NCBI GenBank assembly: GCA_030295235.1
Contig: AP026124.1
Span: 992,001 to 1,056,000, forward strand
Length of the DNA: 64,000 nt
Source of the DNA: Fistulifera solaris
Taxonomy: Eukaryota
Direction of reading: 5' to 3'
A model generated the notes under the pieces. The model was not told the origin of the DNA. It saw nothing but the letters and a program-made list of their open reading frames with translations, and ran no database searches. The position numbers were made by a program, and so were the translations under genes. Positions within the stretch are counted from its first letter, which is position 1, and the number at the start of each line of letters is the position of its first letter. This document shows positions 21,544-33,134 of this stretch, piece by piece.

Positions 21544-24312
21544 TTATCGGCCACTTGATCGACGTTTTCTCGGGAGAACACCAGGCCTATCACTATCTTC
21601 TTGTTCCCCTAGTTCAGGCAGCTCTCGAGGAATACCACCTGGGGAACTTAGACCTGTGTTCAGCGGTGGAAGCGGAAAGCTTAAGTCCGATCTAGCAAAC
21701 GGCCCACTCAGTCCGTATCCTGGACTAAAATGAGACGGAATGTGCCCAGAAGGCGACATAAAGAAGTTTGGCGGTAAAAATCCTTTTGACGTAGGCGATT
21801 GTAACGGCATGCTAAGGAAATCGGAATGCATGTGAGAAGGCGACTGAGGTCGACTAGGGCTGGAAGCGATACGAGGCGTCTCAGGAGGCCAGGACCTAGA
21901 AATGTCATATCCCGGATAGGGTTGCTGATAGTAGTATTCGCCAGGATGGGTCCTGCCGTGCGATGCAACTGGTGTAGGGTGCTCAGGATATGGTACATCA
22001 TTCCGCATTCGCTCGGGCGTAGCGCGACTTTTCACTGGCGTACTTTCGTGTCGACCTAGTTCATCAAGACCAGAAGGCATTTGAGGCGTTTGGCTCCATC
22101 CATGAGCGTATGGATATCCAGTGTGCTGGCGAGGCTCTTGCGAAATGTCAGCGTGGCAGCGTTTCCCGTGAGGTACAAACTTTTCATCTTTACTCCGATC
22201 GCTGGTCTTAGATCGTGCAATGGGACGGTTACTTCTAGTTGGAGTCGGTACAGGTAGAGGCTTAGTAGTCATAGCTGATTCGCAATCTCGCCCCTCGTCG
22301 CCACTTTCAGTGGGGAGTACTAACGGTCGAATAAGGTAGACATTAATTGGTCCACCAGACGAATTCTCTACCGAACCAGCTTTGCGATTCGCACTATTCA
22401 AGAACATTTGGTAACGACGAGATCCAGGCGCCGTACCTTGATCTGGATCTGGTACCTCCAAATTCGTTCCAATTGGAGCCTTAATACCGATGATAGTGTC
22501 GTCGCCGTACATATCCAAGCGCGTGATATCAGAGTATCGAATGTACATGTACTTCTGCTGCCGATCTTCAACTTCTGTCGAACCCGGTGACGTTTTCGCA
22601 GAGATATCGATTGCTCGCTCTTTAACAGTTTTGAGAAAATGGTCAAGTTGCTCTTCCTCCCGTTCAGCAGCTGCAATATTACTCTTCAAAAACTTCATCA
22701 ATCCTTCACTATCAACATCTCCCGATTCAAGGGACACCTCTGGTCCCATGGTAGATTCCGAATTCCAGCAAGAAAGGCCGACATCAGGGTGGTCGTTCCA
22801 AGCAACATAGTTTTTTCCTTCCTTTTTTAAGAGACCAATTCCTTCGAGAACGTTGGTGATGTCGTATATGCGGCGTTTCTGGACACCTAAGTCTTTCACC
22901 GCTTGGTTCAAGTCTAAGCTAGAAGACGGTGCCGTTCGTAAAATATGTACAAATTTCTTCGTCAAAAGTCCCAGAGACGAGTCGTACCTTGACTGACCCA
23001 ACGATGACGGGGTGCCCATTCGCTCCGAGTCCGCGGGACTTGTGCGATAGAATAGAGAGGAGTCCGGTGTTGAGTTCAAAGTAGAAGGTGTACCTTCTAT
23101 TGGTTGACGAGTGAATATTTCCATGGGGGTTGAAGAAAGATCACATGAAATTTGCGAGGGAGAGTGCATCAAGGGAAGGTTCATACAAGAAAGCGGAGAA
23201 ATAGGTAGTTCCAAAAAAGTTGAAGGTCGGGCAGATAAGAGGGGACGGTGATCAAGTACATGGGCGAAATTCGGATTGATGTAATGAGTAGACCCGGTCA
23301 GAATGAAGCATTTGGCCGTTTCAATCGAGGATCGTTCACAGTTCCGAGGCGGGTAATCAGAATCGTGGTCAACGGGATACATATTTAAGCATGAAAGAAG
23401 AGAAGTGAAGAAGGATGTGTTAGATTTGAAAGGACACAAAAAAAACATAGAAAATGAGATCACATTTTGTGTCCAACGCAAAGACGTCTCAGGAAGTTAA
23501 TCCGACAAGTTGATTCATTCTTATCCAAATATACATGCAACAGTAGAGGTAGACCTTTCTTCATGGGATTTTCCCCTTCCTTTCTCCAGTGTTAAGAAAG
23601 CTGACTAGCCCGGGCGCTTTGATGCAGGGAATCAAAGAGGCATTGAACGGCACAGAAATGCGGTCTCGTAGAAAACCAGGTGATCGTTCACGAGTGCCGC
23701 TTCGACATGGGTTCTTATGATGACAAAAATTTGGCGCGACGAGCGTTCCATGAAGAGCTATTTAGGGCGAAATTTTCCCCGCGAGCAGGAAAAACAGTAC
23801 CAATGGAATTTAAAAACGAATACATAGGAAAACACGCGATACAATATAGTGCGCACCAGCCTCTTCAAATGATTCAACGGAAAAGTCCCAACTTTTTAGC
23901 CACGGAAAAACTCACCTGGTCGTCTTTGACTCCGCAATGGGGAAAGCGTCCCCGTCCCCCCCGTAAATGTGCGCCTTTTGATGGATGTTGGTGGAGATCC
24001 GTATGGAAATGCAGCGGCTGACTCGGGTGTTACCTGTTGCGAATGCGCTCTCAACGGTTCCCCTATTTGGTAATGCATTGGACCAGGAGGCATTGACGTA
24101 GCACCATGCGGATGAGGATATACTGCGTGTCGTCCTAAACGCGATGGAGATCCATGCGGATATGAATTGTCATACACATGGTGATATAATGGAGCCTGAG
24201 GTGGACGTGCCATCGGCGGGGAGCCATAGTAAGGCTGAGTTGCAGCTGATGTAGATCCATCCTGCGGCTCACGTGCGCTTCGTTTTCTCGATGAAATCTT
24301 CTTCTCGGACAT
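21544..24312 (-). CDS. E2F: E2F transcription factor
   Basis: RYDSSLGLLTKKF and QKRRIYDITNVLEGIGLL winged helix, coiled coil, marked box IGIKAPIGTNLEVPDP. Probable exon 1 24312-23916 spliced via intron 23915-23097; the 5' structure is inferred. Confidence 0.9.
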
Positions 24313-25173
24313 CTTATAAACAACCAATTAATGAAGCAAAAGACGTCTTCGTCCTTAGAAAGAGTGCGGCACGCTGAGTTCGATAAAGCCTTTGCTCCTG
24401 GCAAGCATGAAGCTTGCAGGCATTATGAACGACGGATGAGGGAGACCGTTCGGCTGCGTTTGCTCCGGAGGCCGGAGGGGACCAGAGAAAGCGGCCCCGG
24501 CGTCAGATGGCCAAAAATTCATCCTACTTATTTTCTTATATACGTGAGATCTTACTGAATTTTTTCGTGGATACCTAGTTAATGTAGAATCCCATCAAAC
24601 AACTGTCCGACGCGAAAGACATGGTCTTCACTATGATCTGAAAGTCTCCAACGGCAACGCGCGACGCCGTTTCCAGAAATGTGGAGCCATGGCGGGAGTT
24701 GTCGTTTAACCGGCTCCAGGTCCAGTAGGATACGAGTAAGAGGCTCTGCAGAACCTTGACGGAGGTGACCGAAGTCCCAGTCCAATGTGCGTTCCGTGTT
24801 TGCATAATCAAGTCGGAAAGGAACTTTAGTAACTTAGGCGACGCATTGGCTTTATAGCAAAAGCGAAAAGTTGTTACACGATTGTTTGAATAGTTGATGC
24901 TTCAAAAACTAGTGCGCTCCAACCTAAGGAATACAATGGACAAGACCGAATCGCTTTAGGTATAATTGGAAGTAGATAGACTCCTCATCTAAACAACTTC
25001 TGATTTATTTTAGCCGTATCATCGGAGTTGATGCAGGTGCCCATCACTATCGACATATAGGTCAGTCAGTTCGGTAATTGGGAATGGTTCGTCAGACAGG
25101 AGCCGCGAACATCAGAAAATTTGAATAAGGAAAGTAACTATGCATTAGCATGTCGATCGCACGTTATAAATTC

Positions 25174-26511
25174 TTAGCCAACGCGAGTTTTCTTATTAGG
25201 CCTGTACTCCTCCTCAGAGAGGATGCATTCTTTGAGCTCGTACTCCTCTAAATCCACAAACTCAATGAGCACACTGGCATACGGATGGTGTGTCGGCTCG
25301 TCATTGAACACCACATGGTAAAGAGAAGCCGGCTTTCCCGTCTTCTCTGAAACAAAACCTGGCTCTCCTGCCTTATCAACATCGGTTTCACTGATCCAAC
25401 CCACCACTTCACCAATTTGTTCTACGGCAACTGTCCTTCTCGCAGAGGCTTTATGTTCCGTGACCCATCGCACATACTTGCCCAAATATTCGCTGCCGAC
25501 GGTTCTCCACGGGGGATCTTCTTCAGTCAGACTGTCCTTACTGGGCTTATCGGACTTGTTGTTAAAAGCCTGCAACGCTGCCTTTTTACTCTTGTAAACG
25601 GTACCATCCGGTCCGATGATTTTCCATCTGTTTCCGCCTTGCGAAAAGGCTTGCCATGTTTCATCAAAACCATTATTCGCGGCTGTTTTATGAGGGTCTT
25701 CGTCATTCATTCTCGGGCGAATCGAACTTTCCGCAACACCTGATTGCTTTGAGTTGTCCGAACTGTAAAATACCTGGTAGCGAAATCCATCGACCTTGTG
25801 TTCGTTTTTACGCAAAATCTTCGCGTCCCACCATTCTCCTTCGTACAGTACCTCTACCTTGTCGCCTACATCAAATTTAGACGATCGTGGTAACATGTGA
25901 CCGCCCTTGAAATCGAATGGAGTCGGTGCCGGACCAGATTGTTCGGGATCTTCGTGAATGGCTTCCTTTTCCATCCAGGCTAGAGCCGCTCGCGTTGCAG
26001 CAGAATGATGGTACCACATGTCACAGTCTGTACCAGGTTTACCAGCGTAAATCCTATCTACAGTGACTTTCACCATTCTTCCTGGTTGTGATTGAGTTGC
26101 AAGACTATCACTGTTTCTGGTTGGCGCGTCTCGAACAATACTTTCGTTTTGACCTTGAACGAGATTGCTTGGTTCATCGAGCGGGGAGGTTGCTCGTTTG
26201 CGGCCGTTTGCGTCAACTTTGTTTTCAGTAGAATCCTTCTCCGTTGTTTGAACCGGATCCTCTTTGCTTTCATCCGCTCGGACGTTTTCTTTTTTGATTT
26301 GACTATTCCCCAGCTCCGTCTCTTGCAATGCGGCATTCAATTCGGCAGGACTTGCTTCCTCGTTTTCTTTCTTTGCAACTAATTCGTTGTACTCCATCTC
26401 TTCCATGGTACGCACCACTCGCCAGCCCGCCGGATAGCCCAACGCCGCCGCCAACTGCTGCGCGAGGAGATCCGTTTGAGTGGGCTTGGCAGCCCATAAG
26501 GCTTGTCCCAT
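25174..26511 (-). CDS. Agenet/Tudor-like domain protein
   Basis: FDVGDKVEVLYEGEWWDAKIL..YQVFY..SSIRP; C-terminal NLS-like PNKKTRV. Confidence 0.7.
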   Translation of the reverse strand: MGQALWAAKPTQTDLLAQQLAAALGYPAGWRVVRTMEEMEYNELVAKKENEEASPAELNAALQETELGNSQIKKENVRADESKEDPVQTTEKDSTENKVDANGRKRATSPLDEPSNLVQGQNESIVRDAPTRNSDSLATQSQPGRMVKVTVDRIYAGKPGTDCDMWYHHSAATRAALAWMEKEAIHEDPEQSGPAPTPFDFKGGHMLPRSSKFDVGDKVEVLYEGEWWDAKILRKNEHKVDGFRYQVFYSSDNSKQSGVAESSIRPRMNDEDPHKTAANNGFDETWQAFSQGGNRWKIIGPDGTVYKSKKAALQAFNNKSDKPSKDSLTEEDPPWRTVGSEYLGKYVRWVTEHKASARRTVAVEQIGEVVGWISETDVDKAGEPGFVSEKTGKPASLYHVVFNDEPTHHPYASVLIEFVDLEEYELKECILSEEEYRPNKKTRVG

Positions 26512-27035
26512 GATGTTGAGCACAGTTTGATCCGACGCCAGGAGCAGCGGGATACAGAGTCGAAATAAGAAGTGTTGAGAACTACGTTAAAGGATTGGTT
26601 TTGGTTTGTCGGAGCAGAAAAAGAGTGACAACGAGAAGAAGCAGAGGTGTAAAAGAACCCGGATATCTTGAAATTCGACATCATCCGTTATAAGGTTACC
26701 GTTACCAGGTACCGTACCGCACCTGGTAGTCTAGTTTTGACTTATTTACAGCAACAACTATACCTAATACATTACTCCTGATTTCCTAAAGTCAGAATAA
26801 AATTTTGATGTTCGACTGGTTTTTCCATTTGTTCTTTTTCATTTCCTCACAAATATTTCAATCTGGCACTTTGCTGATTGCTGAGTACCTGGCAAGCTCT
26901 AGCTCAGTGCTAGTAGAGGGCGAGTAAGGAACCCGTTTCCCAATAAGGGTGGAATCGCCGTGGTACTCCTTTTCTCGGATTCCGAAGAACTCTTGAAACT
27001 GAGATGAAACCATGATACGCCGCTTTGGTCCTAAG

Positions 27036-27452
27036 TTCCAGAAATTCTGGATGCGATGAATTTTGGTCTTACAAAAATCGGTGTACGTTCCAGAAATTCT
27101 GGAGGAGCTGAATTTTGGTCATACAAAAAATCGGTGTACACTCCAGAAACTTTGGAAACTCTATTTTTGATAATACAGAAAATCTGTGTACGTGACAGAA
27201 ATTCTACGTGACTTCCAGAAATTCTGGACAGGGTGTCTCGTCATACAGAAATTCTGGGTAGGTTTTGCAGAAAATCGTGATACGCTGATTTCGGTTCAGA
27301 AAAATCCGCACAAGTTCCAGAAAAGTTGGAGACGGTGTTTTGGTCGTACAGGCATGCTGTGTACAAAGTACGTTGCCAAATTCTAGATGATCTTCACTGA
27401 TTTTGGTCCTAAAGAAAATCTAAAAGCTGCGTACGTTCCAGAAATTCTGGAA
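27036..27452. repeat. Degenerate tandem array with palindromic core TCCAGAAATTCTGGA
   Basis: Cores at 27038, 27090, 27143, 27195, 27215, 27245, 27317 and 27438; the first four are spaced 52-53 bp apart. Confidence 0.85.
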
Positions 27453-27859
27453 ACGGAATTTTTCTCATAAAAGCATTGCTGTTGAAAGCTCATACAAAAA
27501 TTTGAACCATTATTTGCAATGAAAGCATCGATTTTTTTGCGACGAACATAGAACCATTCCTGTCTCGTCCGTACTTGCTATAGTGCTCTCAGTGTTGGTT
27601 TTCGGCAACAACAGCTGTACCGCAGTCACTTTACGACGTATTCACTTACGGTGTATTATTAGGAAATCAAAACATTTTCTACACTTTTCTAATAGTAGAC
27701 TGGTCGGATAGGTACTTGACTATCGCAAGACGTGTGAGAAATCTTTGCCATTCTGTGACATTCCGCTGTCGTCCGTTTTCAATTTTGACCATGACATTTT
27801 TTTGCCTGGTATTGCTATTCAGTCGTTACATCTAACAACGACTTGACTATTATTGAGAA

Positions 27860-29260
27860 ATGACGGGCGCTATGGAAGTAGATCACGTGGAAGCAACCGC
27901 GGGAGGTGAAGTTGACGAAGAAGATGTCACCGTTCTCGAAGATGCACTAAAACACGCAGATGAACTTCCGGTCGGTAGCGGTCAAATCCCTTATTTTCTT
28001 AAAGTCATTGAGAATAATGAATTGACAGGTTCAAAAGCCTCTCAACTCAAAGAACGTGCTGTTTATGATTTGACACGGGCTTATTGTGCTGCACAGCAGT
28101 ACGACCAGGTCGTAGAGTTTGTTACAGGAACATCGGGCCAAGCCTTTCTTTCGACAATCACCAAGGCAAAAACCGCAAAGGTCGTTCGACAGCTTTTGGA
28201 TATTGTGTGCACGGCTGCACCGGAAGCGCATACTATGCAGGAATCTGTAGCTCGCAGTATTATTCAATGGACGGAACAGGAAAAGCGGTCTTTTTTGCGA
28301 CAACGTGTCGAAGCCAAATTAGCGAGCATTCTCTTTGTGCAGCACAAGTACGTTGAAGCGCTAGAAATTTGCGATCGCTTGTTGCATGAATTGAAGAAAT
28401 TGGACGATAAGCAGTTGTTGGTCGAAACACACCTGCTGGAAAGCAAAGTGCACTTTGCGTTGCGAAACTTGCCAAAGGCCAAGGCGGCTTTGACAGCCAG
28501 TCGCACGGCGGCCAACGCCATCTACGTCACTCCTCGTTTGCAAGCAGATATTGATAGTATGTCGGGGACTATTCACACAGAAGAGGACGACTACAACACA
28601 GCGCACTCCTATTTTTTGGAGGCGTTCGAGCAGTTGGATCAAATGAATAACGACGAAGAGGCTATCATTGCTCTCAAGTACATGATGCTTTGTCGTATTC
28701 TCGACTCACTCCGTAAAGCGCTGTTCTTATCATCCTCTGGAAATGTCGGTATCAAGAGCAAAGACGAAAGCGTTGACATGTCGGGCCTTTTGACAAGTAA
28801 GCAAGCTATCAAGTATGCTGGAAGTGAAATTCAAGCCATGTCCGCCGTTGCGAAAGCCGCTTCGAATCGAAATTTAAAAGAGTTTCAAGAGGTGCTGGAA
28901 CAATATTCGTCAGAATTGCTGGGCGATTTGCTGATCAAGCATCATTTACATGTGCTGCGAGAACAGCTGCTCGAATCCAACTTGATTCGCATCATCGAAC
29001 CGTACAGTTGCGTGGAATTATCACACATTGCTTCACTAATTGAGATGCCGGTTGTCGTGGTAGAAAAGAAGTTGTCACAAATGATTCTCGACGGAAAGCT
29101 GCACGGAATCTTGGATCAAGGAAAGGGACAACTTGTTGTTTACGAGGAATCCGAAAAAGATCGTGCCATGGAGAAAGGTTTGCAGGTCATTGCAAACATG
29201 GACGCGGTCGTGACGTCCTTATTTGAGCGAAGTCAAGCACTGAGGACCGTCATGATGTAG
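27860..29260 (+). CDS. RPN6: 26S proteasome regulatory subunit RPN6/PSMD11
   Basis: KAKTAKVVRQL, EKRSFLRQRVE, ELKKLDDKQLLVE, KAKAALTASRTAANAIY, PCI domain (VEKKLSQMILDGK..GILDQG). Confidence 0.97.
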   Translation: MTGAMEVDHVEATAGGEVDEEDVTVLEDALKHADELPVGSGQIPYFLKVIENNELTGSKASQLKERAVYDLTRAYCAAQQYDQVVEFVTGTSGQAFLSTITKAKTAKVVRQLLDIVCTAAPEAHTMQESVARSIIQWTEQEKRSFLRQRVEAKLASILFVQHKYVEALEICDRLLHELKKLDDKQLLVETHLLESKVHFALRNLPKAKAALTASRTAANAIYVTPRLQADIDSMSGTIHTEEDDYNTAHSYFLEAFEQLDQMNNDEEAIIALKYMMLCRILDSLRKALFLSSSGNVGIKSKDESVDMSGLLTSKQAIKYAGSEIQAMSAVAKAASNRNLKEFQEVLEQYSSELLGDLLIKHHLHVLREQLLESNLIRIIEPYSCVELSHIASLIEMPVVVVEKKLSQMILDGKLHGILDQGKGQLVVYEESEKDRAMEKGLQVIANMDAVVTSLFERSQALRTVMM

Positions 29261-29920
29261 ATGTCGTTCTATTTAGACTTTTTTATCATCCTATAAGTAT
29301 CATTGCACTGGCTTGATTGGATAGATTAGAATACGTTGAGCTGTGCTTCACAATTGGCTACATTTTACCCGGTAGGCGTAAATCGTTGGGTAAACCATGT
29401 GCCACATGCTAATCATCAACGATTTCATACCTACTATAGGCAAAAGTGTAGTCTGGTGGAAACAATTACGACTGAATTTCAATCATGATTCAGAAATCAA
29501 TCTATGATCTATAAACTGAATCAGAATACTTGTACAAACCCATGACGCGCGAGTCCATTTCTTTTTGATCACTTATTATCATACAATCTCAGTGGTTTTC
29601 GACTATATTCGTCAAATCACCTTGCAAATTGTAGGGCAGATCTTTCATGATTGAATTTCATTTCAGTCATGAGTCGTTATGATCACGGCACGCTCATTTT
29701 TGCGTTGCGCGCGAAACCGCGCGATCAACCCACATCCACATCCACCGCCTCCTACCGCGACACTTGTACCTGGTAGTAATTTGTTTCTTGAATGGAAGAA
29801 AAGGCATTCGATGATGGCTTTTATTCTAAAAAAAAGAACCAGGAGCTTGTCCTTATATCACATCCATTGCAATCAACCAGTGCTATACAATCATATTTCA
29901 GTGTCACGCAAACTCTCACC

Positions 29921-31018
29921 ATGTCAGTAATAGTCATTTGGTTCTCATTCTGGTGTCTGTGGCCGATGTATGAAGTCGTACCCTTTTTAATCATTCCGCG
30001 TGCTGTACGGCTCACACCAACCGTGGGTACTGTACTTTTCGGAGGTCGAGGAGTAGCAACAAGCTATCGGTGGAAGGAAGAAGCTTTTGAGATTGATGTG
30101 ACGGTTCAAGTGCCAAAAGAGACAAGGGCGAAAGATATAATATTTCGACCTACCGTTAATTCGATCGATTTGCGTTTGAAAGGAGACGACGCACCTGTTT
30201 TACTGGACGGTTCGAGGACGCTGAGAGGGCGTGTGAACTTAGATGGGACGTATTGGGTCATTTCGGACTCTGAAGAGAAAGATGACGCCTTTCGAGAAGT
30301 GACTGTAACAATTGAAAAGCTTATTCGAACACCACAAGACGATTTTGAGGTCGTTGAGTACGACTGGAAAGGTGTCTATGCCAATGATACCGAAGAAGTG
30401 TTAGAGCGAACATATGACGAGCCAGAAGAACTTAATGTTAGAGAATACGCGGCGAGTTTGGGAGTGGATATTGATAACATTAACATGTCGATGGTCGACA
30501 AGACGATGTTTTCTTCGGGGATGAACATTACAAAGAACAGTCTCGACGAACTAAATAAGGCTGGGCTGATAAAAGAAATCACACAACAAGCGGATGGTAC
30601 CGAGTACGATATCGATGATGAAGGGAATGCCGTGAAGTTTTCAATGTTTGGCGACAGCAACGATGACGACGAAACGGATAGCTTTACGCAAAGCGCCCCA
30701 ACGCCAATCCCTTTCTTAGATACAGATTCTCCCTGGCATTCCGCTGTAAGAGTCGATGATATCACGAACCAAACCTACGTGAAGCAGACTCGGCAATTTA
30801 CAAGAAGTGCTTTCGCGCAAGATAGTGTTAAAGATCCTGACGACGTGAAGACAAACATGGCCGACGCCAGGGACCCGATTGATAACTTGACCGTAAAACG
30901 ATTGAAAGAGATTTTGAAATCACAAGGACTCAAAGTTAATGGAACGAAAAAGGAGTTGCAGGATCGATTAAGGCAGCAGGTTAATTCACTTCTTCAAGGG
31001 AAGCAGGAGAACGAGTAG
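29921..31018 (+). CDS. CS (NudC/p23-like) + SAP domain protein, probably plastid-targeted
   Basis: YRWKE..IDVTV.VP..TRAKDI..LDG..L.G.V CS domain; LTVKRLKEILKSQGLKVNGTKKELQDRL SAP domain; hydrophobic N-terminus ending VVP-F. Confidence 0.75.
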   Translation: MSVIVIWFSFWCLWPMYEVVPFLIIPRAVRLTPTVGTVLFGGRGVATSYRWKEEAFEIDVTVQVPKETRAKDIIFRPTVNSIDLRLKGDDAPVLLDGSRTLRGRVNLDGTYWVISDSEEKDDAFREVTVTIEKLIRTPQDDFEVVEYDWKGVYANDTEEVLERTYDEPEELNVREYAASLGVDIDNINMSMVDKTMFSSGMNITKNSLDELNKAGLIKEITQQADGTEYDIDDEGNAVKFSMFGDSNDDDETDSFTQSAPTPIPFLDTDSPWHSAVRVDDITNQTYVKQTRQFTRSAFAQDSVKDPDDVKTNMADARDPIDNLTVKRLKEILKSQGLKVNGTKKELQDRLRQQVNSLLQGKQENE

Positions 31019-31307
31019 ATGGTGGTTGTTAGGTGGAGCAGCAAAGCGATTCACAATGCTACAACATACTATTCTTTTCTTTCAGCTATTTTAGATTATA
31101 ATAGCGCAATTCTTTGTTTTACTATGTTTAGTATCTTGCCGAACCCCTACCTCCTAGATTGTTGGCTGGAACGACCGACAGACAGATATCTCGCGGCGCC
31201 TTTTATCGAGCCCGCCAAAACTACATCCACAAAACTTAGACTAAATACATCGAGGGGATTACCAGGTACATTCAAGGTAAGATATGCATAATCTGAATAC
31301 ATCGAAT

Positions 31308-32784
31308 ATGGCAGATTTTCAGGATGTTCAAGAGTCTTCAAATGGCGACGACCCGCGAGCACAGGGTTACGATAAGCCGGCGAGTCTCACGGAAAATACT
31401 TTCATTGACGATGATGGAGACAACAGTTCTGGGCCACCTCAAGCCAAATATCAAGTGCTAGAAAAAGTTTTTGCGCGAGACACAGACGGGCTACTCTATC
31501 AGACTGTTATTCGGAGAGCACTTTACGGTCCTATTTACCACAAGCAGGTGCACGTTGCCATGTCAAATTCAGCAAGAGAAGTGTCGGATGAGAAAGATAG
31601 CTCAGAATCGTGGCAATATTTTGTCCACTTTCTCAAGTGGAATGTTGCCTGGGATCGTTGGATACCAGAAAGTAAGATCTTGCCAATGTCAGAAGAAACT
31701 GCACGATACGCAGAAAAGTTAGCTGAAGAACACAAGGCTTTACGAGCCGCTTTGACACGAAAAACGCCAGGGAGAAAAGCATTCCAAAACCTTGACACTG
31801 CAACCTTTCTAGCAGAGTGGCGTAAAACTTTAGACCGCATAGATCAGCAATTCATGATGAACGGTAGTCCTGCCACTTCTTCGACAATTGCTGCACCGCA
31901 AGAAGTTGCCCCGAAGCCGGCAACGTCGAGTAATCACCAGTGGACTAAGAGCGCAGTCCAAGCCGAAATCGCTTTCCGTACCAAAGGCTTGATCTCGAAA
32001 AAGTTTGAGCCTCCATCAAACGTCATTTTTCTCCCCTTCACGTTAAAAAAAGATTCTGGTGGAAGGATGGGAGATTATCAATCAATGCGGAATGGTAGCG
32101 AAGATTCCAGCCAACGTTTCCGTCCGAGAAGTTCTTGGGCAGTACTTGGCATCCAAAGGAATCGGTTCTTCGTCACACTTGATTAATGATGCTAAGGCCA
32201 AAAATGAAGACGCATCAACTATAGATCCGTTATTATCAGGCTCTTGTCACAATTTGGCTGATGAGTTTGAAGCTTCTAATCTTCCGCCTTCTGGAAGTAA
32301 AGAAGCAGAAATCACCCCTTGTGGCGATAATGCGACACCGGGCGATAAAGATGACGAAAAGAATCTTTTGATGGAGACAGAATGGAACAATCTATCCGAA
32401 GGTATCATACAATTGTTTGAAGAAGCACTTCCCAAACGGCTCCTTTACGAGAACGAGTTGTACCAGTTACAAGCAATCGATTCACAACAAGATACTTCAA
32501 ATCAAACATATGCCGACATCTATGGATGCGAGCATTTGTTGCGCTTGCTGGTGAGGCTTCCGGCCCTCCTTGCCGATACGATGACGGAGGATGAGTCAAG
32601 GTCTATCATTGCCAAACTAAACGATTTTGTACGTTACATGTACAAGAACCAGACAGTTCTTTTTCAACAAACTTACCGAAAGCTCTCTGACTTGGAGCAG
32701 GAGCTTCAACAAAAGGAACAAGCACGAAGAACTCGCAAACGTAAATTTGACAGGACGCAAGCATCAAATAATTTCGTTCACTAA
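31308..32784 (+). CDS. MRG15/Eaf3-family chromatin protein
   Basis: Chromo-barrel YFVHFLKWNVAWDRWI; MRG domain LPFTLKK..WEII, LLYENE, IYGCEHLLRLLVRLP; frameshift in the A-run at ~32045-32051. Confidence 0.92.
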
Positions 32785-33134
32785 ACTTTCTCAAACTATC
32801 TCAAGTTTCATAGTATTGTTTTTGAAACCATCCGTAAAGCTTTCATTGATAAATAATGCTTGCAGTAGTATCTACGGAATACATGATACCTAGCGAAATA
32901 GCATATAACTGAAGTATACCTAGCTAGCATTTTTGCCCTACTATGAACTATGAACATAACTTCCGGACGAAGCAAGGACGAAGGGAGAAAGCCTCACACA
33001 TCGTCTCTCGTGAAAAATTAACGACAAACGAAGAACGACACACCGCAAAGACGAAAACAAAGCAGAACATCGTCGGAATACCTGCGGTTCAGTCTTAATG
33101 GATGAATAGTATGCGCTTCTAAGCTCTTCAAAGC

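Noticed and set aside
26893..26965. tRNA-like start (tagctcagtgctagtagag)
   Set aside because: Only an A-box-like stretch; no GTTCRA T-loop or acceptor-stem pairing found.
27036..27452. CRISPR array
   Set aside because: The linkers resemble each other, spacing is irregular, there are no cas genes and the context is eukaryotic.
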